64,000 nucleotides of DNA from an uncultured Planctomycetaceae bacterium (lineage in GTDB: Bacteria > Planctomycetota > Planctomycetia > Planctomycetales > Planctomycetaceae), in NCBI GenBank assembly GCA_963813715.1, contig CAWFAK010000005.1, forward strand, positions 544,001-608,000. The letters are read 5' to 3'. This document shows, in pieces, positions 12,360-22,276 of this stretch; within the stretch, counting starts at the first letter, position 1, and the number at the start of each line of letters is the position of its first letter. A program made the position numbers and the translations under genes. Under the pieces are notes generated by a model. The model had not been told where the DNA came from, made no database searches, and saw only the letters and a list, made by a program, of their open reading frames with translations.

Positions 12360-12582
12360 ACGATCACTCCACGAGCAGGTCCCTTCCGAAAGAGGTCGCT
12401 ATGTGGGAATTGTGAGTGCACAAGAACTGTGCCGGCGAAGTGCCTAAGCAAGTGTACTGCGCACAGCGCGGGACGGCGGGATATTCGTCGTTTTATCCGC
12501 GCTACTAACCGCCTACCGCTGAATGGCAGTTAGGATGCCACGGCCACAGCTTTGCGTGAGGCTGTCCGGTAATTTGGATCGT

Positions 12583-12838
12583 GTGCCACTGCTGAGACGT
12601 TTCGGCTCAGCAGTGCTGACGTGCGAAGCCAAAAGCGAGAAGAAGGACAAACCTGAACAGGAGGTAACAGAGATAACGGAGAGATTAGAATTCTCACACG
12701 CCGAATCCTCTGTTCCCTCCGTTACCTCCTGTTCAATCCTGCTTTGTGCGTTCGGCTCAGCCTTGCTCTTTCCCGTTGCTGATGAAGTGTTGCTGGACCG
12801 TCTCAGAGCACGGTTGAGCAAGCCCAACCGTGGCACCC
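12583..12838. repeat. Composite REP-like element: two oppositely oriented GTGC-CAC...GTG hairpins around a long 28-bp-arm palindrome
   Basis: cactgctgag/ctcagcagtg (12587-12615); tgaacaggaggtaacagagataacggag (12654-12681) vs 12708-12735, 24/28 complementary; cacggttg/caaccgtg-gcacc (12809-12837). Confidence 0.85.
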
Positions 12839-13085
12839 AAGGCAGATCGCCCGTCTGTATTCCGCCGAGCAACAGCAAAACTGAGCGGCGTAGAAAACCG
12901 ATCTTGGTTGGCCGGCCATTTGTGGCAGAATGGAATTTGGCCCCATCGTGACGGCCGAGATCGGCTTGCGCCGGGGATGAAATGGCCGCAACGGGCCGTT
13001 GAGTGGCGCACCGACGTGATTTCGGGGACGCTTGGTCAGTCATTCGGTGAGCCGGCGGCCATTCGGTGATCGGATGACGACAGGT

Positions 13086-13545
13086 CCGGTCCGGACACTC
13101 TCATTTGCACACGAGGACCGGCGGTCGCGGACCGGTGGGCGAGCCTGATGGCTCGACCCCCAAGGCCACCCCATGCTGGGCTCGACTGTCGGCACAAAAC
13201 GTCGAGTCAGGTCCGGTCCGGTCTCATCTTCACAATTTGGATTTAGACCGGGGTTAAGAGGCACCGCGGATGCGGTTTAGGACAAAGTCTGAATCCGGTC
13301 CGGACACTTTCGTCTGCACAGGAAGACCGGCGGTGGCGGACCGGTGGGGGAGCCTGACGGCTCGAGCCCAAGCCACCCCGCGCTTGGCTCGGGCACCGTA
13401 ACACGAGACGTTGCGGTCAGGTCCGGTCTAATCTTCACAATTTGGATTTAGACCGGGGTTAAGAGTCGCAGCAGATGCGGTTTAGGACGAAGTCTGAATC
13501 CGGTCCGGACACTTTCGTTTACACACGAGGACCGGCGGTTGCGGA
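13086..13545 (+). repeat. Tandem ~207-nt multi-hairpin repeat, 2.3 copies (starts 13086, 13295, 13500)
   Basis: Each unit starts CCGGTCCGGACACT; the two complete units share ATCTTCACAATTTGGATTTAGACCGGGGTTAAGAG and GATGCGGTTTAGGAC.AAGTCTGAAT. Confidence 0.95.
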
Positions 13546-13596
13546 AGAGGACGAGAGCTATCGAAGAGGACGAACAGCCGCCGCTAGAATGACGGC

Positions 13597-13800
13597 ATGA
13601 GCGACGACGACCTGGATGAGTTCGCCTATCTTTGGGATGGCTCGGACCCTGGTTGGGCATTGTGGGAAGTCTCCGACAGGCCGGGCACATATCTGCCCTT
13701 CAATAAGCTGACGCGAGTGGCCAAGATCATCGAGATTGATGAGCTCGCCGATCGCGTCTGCCGGAGAATGAAGGAGGCTGGGTGCGAAGTGGTCAGATGA
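13597..13800 (+). CDS. Cassette gene 1, small soluble hypothetical protein (67 aa)
   Basis: TAGAAT-GACGGC-ATG start; MSDDDLDEFAYLWDGSDPGW... Confidence 0.7.
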   Translation: MSDDDLDEFAYLWDGSDPGWALWEVSDRPGTYLPFNKLTRVAKIIEIDELADRVCRRMKEAGCEVVR

Positions 13801-13842
13801 AATTCGCGATTGAACTCCCGCGCCATTCGCTGAGATGACGAC

Positions 13843-14082
13843 ATGAGCGACGAACCGAAGAGACGATCGCGCGTGTGGATCGGCTGGGCGTTCGTATTGC
13901 TGCTTCTCGTGGTCTACCCGCTGTCAGAGGGGCCAGCGATCTGGCTTGTTACCCATTACGGATACTGGTGGATGGGGAACGCGCTCAACGCTCTCTACAC
14001 CCCAGTCCAGTGGTGTGCCGCGCAGTCCCAGGCCACCGAGCACGCCCACGATTCGTACATTCTCTTTTGGATCCCTGATTAG
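13843..14082 (+). CDS. Cassette gene 2, small membrane protein (79 aa)
   Basis: GACGAC-ATGAGCGACGAACCG start; TM helix then YPLSEGPA...LYTPVQW. Confidence 0.8.
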   Translation: MSDEPKRRSRVWIGWAFVLLLLVVYPLSEGPAIWLVTHYGYWWMGNALNALYTPVQWCAAQSQATEHAHDSYILFWIPD

Positions 14083-14107
14083 CCCTGAACTCCCGTGCCA
14101 ATCGCAC

Positions 14108-14180
14108 CCACCCCCGTGCTGGGCTCGACCGTAAGCACGAAACGGCGAGTCAGGTCGGGTCTGTCTCATCCTCACAATTT
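14108..14180 (+). repeat. Internal partial copy of the ~207-nt repeat
   Basis: ccacccccgtgctgggctcgaccg...gagtcaggtcgggtctgtctcatcctcacaattt aligns with ~13166-13238. Confidence 0.9.
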
Positions 14181-14182
14181 GC

Positions 14183-14619
14183 ATGAGCAACGAACCGGAC
14201 ATCCCCCAACAGGCGGTCGACGACGCGGACGGATGCCTGCGCCGGGCGCGGGATTCGTGTTCGGCGTGCTCGCGGTGCTCGGAACTACGAACGCCTGGCA
14301 TCGCGCTATGCTCGCATCCCCTGGCGGTGACCGCGAAGGCGGAGGGGGGATGTTCCTCACCTTTATGGTGTTTCCAGCGCTCGTGCTCGTCCTCGGCCCG
14401 GCCGGCATCGTGATCGCACGGATTACGCGAAAACCAGGGAAGCACCGTTGGATTCTTTGGACTCTGCTCGTGGTATTCTTCGCGTATCCATTCAGCGCGA
14501 TCCCCGCCAGTCTTGCCGCGCAGTGGCTCCGTGATCACAGCCAAGGAGACTACAGCGCCGTGGTCGACCTGATTTACGCCCCGGTCGCATGGCCATTCCG
14601 GATGCTGGAGCACCGGTAA
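14183..14619 (+). CDS. Cassette gene 3, membrane protein, probable frameshift near 14240
   Basis: ATGAGCAACGAACCG start; 3 hydrophobic segments in the 14095-14619 frame; YPFSAIPA...IYAPVAW resembles gene 2. Confidence 0.7.
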
Positions 14620-14684
14620 CGCCGCTAACTCCCGTGCCAAACGGCCCAGCTAGCAACACAGTTTTCAGACAGCACCGTGCCATC

Positions 14685-14891
14685 ATGCGAGACAGGCTCG
14701 ACCAAATCAGACGGCTGATTCACAAGTGGGAGGTCTGGAATGGCTGGCCGCACGAGGACCTTCCCACTCTGGTACAGCTGAAGATGATTAGCCGCGACAA
14801 CCCGTATCTGGCGCTTACGCGCGACGCAACCTACGTGTTCGCCCCAGCTACATCGCGGCTTGTGTCATCACAATTTGGATCGTCGGCCTGA
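14685..14891 (+). CDS. Possible cassette gene 4, hypothetical (68 aa)
   Basis: Co-oriented ORF filling the gap between boundary motifs; lacks the conserved start motif. Confidence 0.3.
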   Translation: MRDRLDQIRRLIHKWEVWNGWPHEDLPTLVQLKMISRDNPYLALTRDATYVFAPATSRLVSSQFGSSA

Positions 14892-14924
14892 TTACCTAGC
14901 TGGTGACGCGTGGGAAGTGACGGC

Positions 14925-15113
14925 ATGAGCATATTTTGGCTCGTCATCGCGACGAGGGTCATAATCCCACTTGCATCCGCTGGGCTGGTCACGATTCTCC
15001 TGAGGCGCTCAGTCAAGGGGGTCGGGATGCTCACGTGCCTGGTGGTCGCTCTGAGCACGGCGTTCACGGCCGCCCTTTTAACAAAGCTGGCGATAATCTG
15101 GCTGCGCTCCTGA
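14925..15113 (+). CDS. Cassette gene 5, two-TM microprotein (62 aa)
   Basis: TGACGGC-ATGAGC start; two hydrophobic helices. Confidence 0.65.
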   Translation: MSIFWLVIATRVIIPLASAGLVTILLRRSVKGVGMLTCLVVALSTAFTAALLTKLAIIWLRS

Positions 15114-15122
15114 GGTGACGGC

Positions 15123-15290
15123 ATGAACGACGAACCGGACAGTGAGCAGGGCTGGATACGGAGAAATCAGGTCCGACTGACCGTACTGGCAATCGTCATC
15201 GCGTCTTGCGCTGGCTTGGTTCGTCTGGAACGTGGTGATTCCGTTTCGGTCGGGGCCGTATCCACTTCTCTAGTTGGTCGGACGGCATGA
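15123..15290 (+). CDS. Cassette gene 6, single-TM microprotein (~50-55 aa; absent from the ORF track; may frameshift to a stop at 15273)
   Basis: TGACGGC-ATGAACGACGAACCG; MNDEPDSEQGWIRRNQVRLTVLAIVIA... Confidence 0.6.
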   Translation: MNDEPDSEQGWIRRNQVRLTVLAIVIASCAGLVRLERGDSVSVGAVSTSLVGRTA

Positions 15291-15547
15291 GCGACGAACC
15301 GAAAAACCGGTCGCACACGGTCCGCTTGGCGGTTTCGATGGTGGTCGGCGTGCTCGTCGGCAGCATCTTCGTGCAGATGGCACTCCCCTGGACGGCGGTA
15401 ATCTGCACATTGGGAGGCGCGATTGGCGGCTTGGCTCTTGAACTGTTCCGCAGATCTCTTGCGACGGCGGACCAAAACGACGCACTTCGTTCACCGCGCC
15501 AATCGCTCAGGGCCGTGACTCAAAGACGAAAAAGACATAGACGCTGA
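15287..15547 (+). CDS. Cassette gene 7, two-TM small protein (86 aa)
   Basis: GACGGC-ATGAGCGACGAACCG; MSDEPKNRSH then two TM helices. Confidence 0.7.
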   Translation: MSDEPKNRSHTVRLAVSMVVGVLVGSIFVQMALPWTAVICTLGGAIGGLALELFRRSLATADQNDALRSPRQSLRAVTQRRKRHRR

Positions 15548-15594
15548 AATCCAGTGCCAACCGCCAACTTTCGTTCAGGATGCGACCCCACTAC

Positions 15595-15642
15595 CCGGTC
15601 CGGACACTTTCGTTTGCACAGGAAGACCGGCGGTTGTGGACC
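15595..15642 (+). repeat. Distal copy of the repeat head closing the cassette array
   Basis: ccggtccggacactttcgtttgcacaggaagaccggcggttgtggacc is nearly identical to 13295-13342 and 13500-13545. Confidence 0.95.
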
Positions 15643-15656
15643 TGGGCCCGCTCGGC

Positions 15657-16283
15657 TCAGCCCGACGACGGCGGCTCGCCGAGGATGGCGCGGAGTCGAC
15701 GCAGTGCGCGGAGGTAGCGCATGCCGGCGGCCGCGGGGGTGAGGTTGAGGGCTTGGGCCGTTTCGGCGCTGGTCAGTTGTTCGTGGTGTCGCATCAGGAT
15801 GATCTCGGCGTCGTCTTCGTCGAGCTGCTCGAGGGCCGAGAAGAATCTCGCTTCGAGTTCCTTGCGGATCGTGGCGGCTGCCGGCGTCAACTCGGCGTCG
15901 CGCAGCTGAGCAGCCAGGTCAAGCGACGAGCGATCGGGGAACTCGGCGGCCAGCGACCGTTCGCGATCGACGCTCCGCCGTTGGGCCTTGCGATGTCGGC
16001 GGTGCGCATCGATCAGGTGATCTTTGGCCAGCTCACGCAGCCACAGATGAAACGGCATCTTGGCGTCGCGAATGTAATCGGGCAGCCGGCGGCTGGCTTC
16101 CCACAGCACGTCCTGCACGATGTCGCTGGCGTCGACCCGGCCGGCGACCGCCCGGTCGAGCCGCACCTGGACCATCCGCCGCAACGATTCACGGTGCCGC
16201 TCAAGCAGGCGATTGACCGCCTCGCCGTCGCCTCCGCCGGCGTTCTTGAGCAGCTCCTGCGTTTGATCCGGTTCGGGCCACAT
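15657..16283 (-). CDS. ECF sigma-70 factor (planctomycete type)
   Basis: LRRMVQVRLD...RVDASDIVQD; region 4 IILMRHHEQLTSAETAQAL...MRYLRALRRL. Confidence 0.93.
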   Translation of the reverse strand: MWPEPDQTQELLKNAGGGDGEAVNRLLERHRESLRRMVQVRLDRAVAGRVDASDIVQDVLWEASRRLPDYIRDAKMPFHLWLRELAKDHLIDAHRRHRKAQRRSVDRERSLAAEFPDRSSLDLAAQLRDAELTPAAATIRKELEARFFSALEQLDEDDAEIILMRHHEQLTSAETAQALNLTPAAAGMRYLRALRRLRAILGEPPSSG

Positions 16284-16305
16284 CGAACGGGTCCGGGAGC
16301 CTGCG

Positions 16306-16907
16306 TCAGTCGGAGGAGGGCGTGCGATAACGATTGGCCAGCCAGTGTCGCAGGCCGCCGCGTGGCGGTTCGGACTTTGCGTCGTCACGCTTCGCCACCC
16401 GCTCGTTGCAGAGGACAAAAGCCGCCAGCACCAACAGCGAACTGGCCGCCATCAGGGGCAGTCGCACCGAGCGATCGTCCGAAAGTGTCGTCAAGAGGGC
16501 GCCGTCCAGCAGGGCGGCGGGCGACGGCCGGGCGCCTGCGGCAGTGCTGGCGGGTTCCGAATCCCAGACCGACAGACTCAATTGCGGCCCGACGGCAATC
16601 CGCTCCTCTTTGCCCGGCGAGTCGAAGTCGACACGAGCGAGCTCGGCCGCGAACTGCGGATCATGCTCGAGCGCATCGGCAACTTTCGCCAGGCTCTCGG
16701 TCCGCCGCTCAGTCGCAACAAGTTGGTGCTCCAGCCGATCGTAATCGCGCGACAGCTCGCGATACATGCGCAACTTGGGTGCCAGCGCCAACACGGCAAA
16801 GAGCCCGGCCGCGGCGAAGAGGCTCCCCCAAAACGCCAACGCGGCGAGCGGGCGAAAGGCGCTTCGCCCGGGGCGTCGTCATTCGTGCTGGCGGGTTCGT
16901 GTGTCAT
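16306..16907 (-). CDS. FtsB/DivIC (septum formation initiator)-like protein with an extra C-terminal TM; frameshift near 16840
   Basis: TM, then coiled coil, then LEHDPQFAAELARVDFDSPGKEE; directly downstream of eno. Confidence 0.6.
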
Positions 16908-16953
16908 GGAACAGGAAAAGTACGAAAGACACCGCTTACTGCGTGCGCGGCTC

Positions 16954-18282
<1,329 letters not shown>

Positions 18283-18489
18283 TCAGGCATTCTCGGCGGC
18301 GGATCTGACTCGGCAGAGTCTTCCTAGTCGGAATTCCCAGACTCGAATTCGCCGCCCCAACGGCCCCGGTTTTACCAGATCACGCGCTTGCCCTTCTACC
18401 GGCCGGCCGCGCAAGGGCCTCTCGGCGGCTCGCCGCATCGAGTCATCGTCTTTCGGCCGGGACGCCGATCAAGCAATGGCGGGCCGCTG

Positions 18490-19831
18490 TCACGACCGAT
18501 TCGGCAGCGCCTGCACCGGTACCGAGATCGTAGCGGGGCCGGTGGGCGCGGAACTCGATGAACCGCTCAAGATCGCGAGGGTTCGGCGGGCCATCGTGGC
18601 GTCATCGTAATGTGCATGCACGGCGGCCCGGCCTCCCCGTCCCAGTTGGGCGCGGCCGTCCGGATCCTTCAGCAATTCCTCGAGCGCCCGCGCGAGATCT
18701 TCCGGATTTCCAGGTTCGACGAGGAGGCCGCCGCCCGTCGCTTCCAGCATTTCCGGAAACGCTCCATGCCGCGGCTGGACGACAGGAACACCGTTCGCCA
18801 GCGCCTCGAGGATGTAGATTCCTTTGGGCTCGCGGTAGACGGTCGGCACCGAGAGCACATCGAGCGACTTGAGGAAGCGGACTTTTTCCTCGTGCGTCGG
18901 CGGGCTTCCCGCGTGTTCGAACGCCGGGCCTAAATCGCGGGCCTGCGCTCGAATCTTCTCGAAATACTCGCGATCGCGCGTCCCCAAATAGCCGGCCGCT
19001 CGCAGCCGCGTGTTCGGGTGCCGCTTGTGCAAAAGCCGGAACGCTTCGACCAGTTGATGCAGACCTTTCTCCGGACAGATTCTCGCGAAGTAGCCGACGG
19101 TGAAAGCCTCGCCGTTGCGTTCGCTGGGAACGCCGTCGTGCCCGGCCAGATCGATGCCCAACGGCACGATGTGGAATTTCTCGGCGGGCAGGCCAAGGTA
19201 ATTGGCCATGAAGTCCCGGTAGTAGGCGGAATGCACAATAAAGCCATCGAAGCTGCGGGCCCGCTCGCCGATGCCGGCCAGAGCCTGGCTGCGGTAGGGT
19301 TCGTGCAGGTCCTCCAGAAAAATGTCGTCCCCTTGCAAGACGCAGAAAATGGGACCGGAGTACTGCCGGCGAATTGCGCCGACGGCGCCCGACCAAGAGC
19401 GCATTGCTGAAGAAAATCGCGTCCGGCCGGAGCGTGTCGACCAGGAAAGTCGCCAGCTCGTTCACTTCCCGGGACTGCGGTCCCTGCTCTCCGGCGAGCA
19501 TCGCCAGCGTGAGTTCGCCGAGCATTTTGGCGTTGTTGCTGATGCCGAAACGCGTCACCAGATCCAGTATGGCCGGGCGATCGAGCCAGCGCGTGAGCGC
19601 TCGCGGCACTTTACGCCACAGGGCAGAGCGTGCATCGAGATAGACGTTGATGCCGCCGAGAAAGACTTGCCGCGTGCTCTCGTCGACTTCATCGAGGCGG
19701 AGCGGCGTGTAGGTGGGGACGAGCGTGACGCGCGCGCCCTGTTTCTTGAGCGAGCGGGCCCACGTGTTGTCGTGCATGCACGATCCGCAAAACATCCCCG
19801 CCCCGCCGGCGGTCACGATCGCGATGTGCAT
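18490..19831 (-). CDS. Glycosyltransferase family 4, frameshift near 19390
   Basis: AGMFCGSCMHDN N-terminus; GYFARICPEKG; EPKGIYILEALANGVPVV. Confidence 0.9.
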
Positions 19832-20151
19832 GGCGTGAGTTTTCTCGGCGCCTCAATGGCAAAATGAGGAGATTTTCTGCGCACTCAATGGTAGGGGGGC
19901 CGTGAGGCCGTTGGAAGGGCATAAACCGGCCGCCGCACGGCGGAGCAGCGGCCCATGGACGTCCCGAGCAAAATGGACTCCCGATTCGGTTCGGGCCACA
20001 TCCAGACCCCTAAGCGCCGGCAGGGGTGAGATCGCATCTCCCCAAATGACGTTGGCACGAATAGTCGGTTCGCCCTGATTTTTTACTTGGCGCACGGCTA
20101 CGATCGGTGCACGCTGTTCATGCCCTGGCTAACTCCAGAATCGAGAACCCG

Positions 20152-22245
20152 ATGAGAAGAGCAGCTGCCAACGCAGCCTCGAAGCCGCCGCGATCGCCGG
20201 GTGGGCGGGCAATCACTCCGGAAGACTTGCTCGCACTGCAGGTCGTGGCGGATCCGCAAATTTCGCCTGACGGCTCGACGATTCTCTTCGCCAAGAGGCA
20301 CGTGGGCGAAAAGAACGAATACGAAACGAACTTATGGGTCGTCCCCGCCGAAGGCCCACGTGGAAAGCCATCACCGGAAGCTCGGCAATTCACATCGGGC
20401 AAACGCGATTCGCACGGTCGCTGGTCGCCCGATGGACGGCAGGTCGCCTTCCTCTCAGCGCGCGACAAACCCAAGTCGCAGATCTATCTGATCGCGGCGG
20501 GAGGCGGTGAAGCGACGCCCCTTACCCGTTTTCCGGAGGGAACGATCAAGACCTTCAAATGGTCGCCTGACGGACGACTGCTGGCGGTCGCCTTTCGCGA
20601 AACGGACGCCGACCGCACCAAAGAGGCCGAAAAGGCCCGCGAAACAAGCGGAGCCAGCAAGCCTCCCTACGTGATCGACGACTTTTTTTATCGCTACGAC
20701 GGCGACGGGTATTTCGGCGGTCTGCGATTTCACTTGTACATCGTCGACGTGACGACGGGCGAGCATCGCCTGTTGCGTCGCGAACGGGCTGGGTCGTTCG
20801 ACTTTGATTGGGCCCCGAACTCGGCCGAGCTGGTGCTGGCGGTGAATCTCAGCCGCGAGCCCCTGTTGGCCTGGTGGAAAGACGAACTCGTGCGGGTCGA
20901 TGCCCAGACCAGCAAGTCGGAGCGGATTGCCGACGTACCGCCCGGACCGAAGCAGGCCGTCCGCTGGTCTCCCGACGGCCGCACAATCGCGTTCGCGGGC
21001 CGCGAAGGAAAAGAATCGTGGGGCGTGCACAATACGCGGCTCTTCGTCCACGACGTGACAAGCATGCGCACGCGCGACCTCACCGGGGACGAAGATTTTT
21101 GCCTCTCCGCCGGGACCTTGAGCGACAGTGCCGAGCCGTCGTTTGGCGCCCAGCTGGAATGGAGCCCCGACAGTCGTCGCATCTACACCAACATCGGCTG
21201 GCACGGCGAATCGCACGTCGCATCGATCGCGGCGGCGGGCGGCCCGATGACTTTCCACACCAAGGGGCGGTCGATCACTTGCCTGGGGAACCTGAGCGCC
21301 GACGGGAAGCGGGCCGCGCTCACGGTGAGCAACGCCCTCTTGCCATCAGAAGTTGCCGTCGGTTCGCTGAGCGGCAGTGGAAGCGCGCTTGAGACCAAGG
21401 TTCTCACCCGATTCAACGGCCCGCTGGTCGACAAACTCGAGTTAACTGAACCCGAGCCGCACTGGATCGAATCGGCCGACGGAACGAAGGTGCACGTCTG
21501 GGTTATCAAACCGCTCGGATTCAAACCCGGACGAAAATACCCGACCGTGCTCGAGATCCATGGCGGACCGCACGGCCAATACGGCGAGACGTTTTTCCAC
21601 GAGTTCCAGGTGCTGGCCGCGGCCGGCTACGTGGTCGTCTACAGCAATCCACGGGGCAGCAAAGGCTACGGCGACGCCCACTGCTCGGCCATCAAGGGAA
21701 ACTGGGGGCAGGCCGACTGGCGTGACATGCAAGCCGTCATCCGTTTCATGCGGGGCCTGCCGTTTGTCGACACGTCTCGCATGGGAGTCATGGGAGGCAG
21801 CTACGGCGGCTACATGACCAACTGGGCGATCTCTCACACAAACGAGTTCGCAGCCGCCATCACCGACCGCTGCGTCTCGAACCTCGTGAGCATGGTCGGT
21901 TCGAGCGACTTGCCGCTGGTGCCCGGCGAGTATTGGGAGGGCAACAGCTGGGATCAGACCAACGCACTCTGGGAACAAAGCCCGCTCAAACACTTCGGCA
22001 ACGTCAACACACCGACGCTCATCATCCACAGCGAGGGTGATTTGCGGTGCAACGTCGAGCAGGCCGAGCAGGTCTTCGTCGCGCTGAAGCTCCGCAAGGT
22101 GCCGACCCGTTTTGTCCGCTATCCGTCGAACACCAGCCACGGCCTGAGCCGCTCGGGGCCTCCCGATCTGCGCTTGCACAGACTCCATCAGATTCTGGAT
22201 TGGTGGCAGCAATACCTCGGAGGCTCAAACAAACCGCGGGAGTAA
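20152..22245 (+). CDS. S9C peptidase (acylaminoacyl/dipeptidyl aminopeptidase) with WSPDG beta-propeller repeats
   Basis: IHGGPH, GGSYGG catalytic Ser, HSEGDLRC, SHGLSR. Confidence 0.95.
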   Translation: MRRAAANAASKPPRSPGGRAITPEDLLALQVVADPQISPDGSTILFAKRHVGEKNEYETNLWVVPAEGPRGKPSPEARQFTSGKRDSHGRWSPDGRQVAFLSARDKPKSQIYLIAAGGGEATPLTRFPEGTIKTFKWSPDGRLLAVAFRETDADRTKEAEKARETSGASKPPYVIDDFFYRYDGDGYFGGLRFHLYIVDVTTGEHRLLRRERAGSFDFDWAPNSAELVLAVNLSREPLLAWWKDELVRVDAQTSKSERIADVPPGPKQAVRWSPDGRTIAFAGREGKESWGVHNTRLFVHDVTSMRTRDLTGDEDFCLSAGTLSDSAEPSFGAQLEWSPDSRRIYTNIGWHGESHVASIAAAGGPMTFHTKGRSITCLGNLSADGKRAALTVSNALLPSEVAVGSLSGSGSALETKVLTRFNGPLVDKLELTEPEPHWIESADGTKVHVWVIKPLGFKPGRKYPTVLEIHGGPHGQYGETFFHEFQVLAAAGYVVVYSNPRGSKGYGDAHCSAIKGNWGQADWRDMQAVIRFMRGLPFVDTSRMGVMGGSYGGYMTNWAISHTNEFAAAITDRCVSNLVSMVGSSDLPLVPGEYWEGNSWDQTNALWEQSPLKHFGNVNTPTLIIHSEGDLRCNVEQAEQVFVALKLRKVPTRFVRYPSNTSHGLSRSGPPDLRLHRLHQILDWWQQYLGGSNKPRE

Positions 22246-22276
22246 CGGTTTCAACGACGGCCGGAGGGCAAGGAGT

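Noticed and set aside
12513..13264. ORFs 12513-13043, 12523-12951 and 13040-13264 as genes
   Set aside because: They read through palindromic repeats (EQEVTE appears on both strands) and are best explained as repeat-derived open frames
13086..13545. CRISPR array
   Set aside because: The period is ~207 nt, the intervening sequence is homologous between units rather than unique spacers, and there are no cas genes
13597..15560. Canonical integron/CALIN with attC sites
   Set aside because: No RYYYAAC...GTTRRRY palindromes after the stop codons and no intI in the window; only the general architecture is similar
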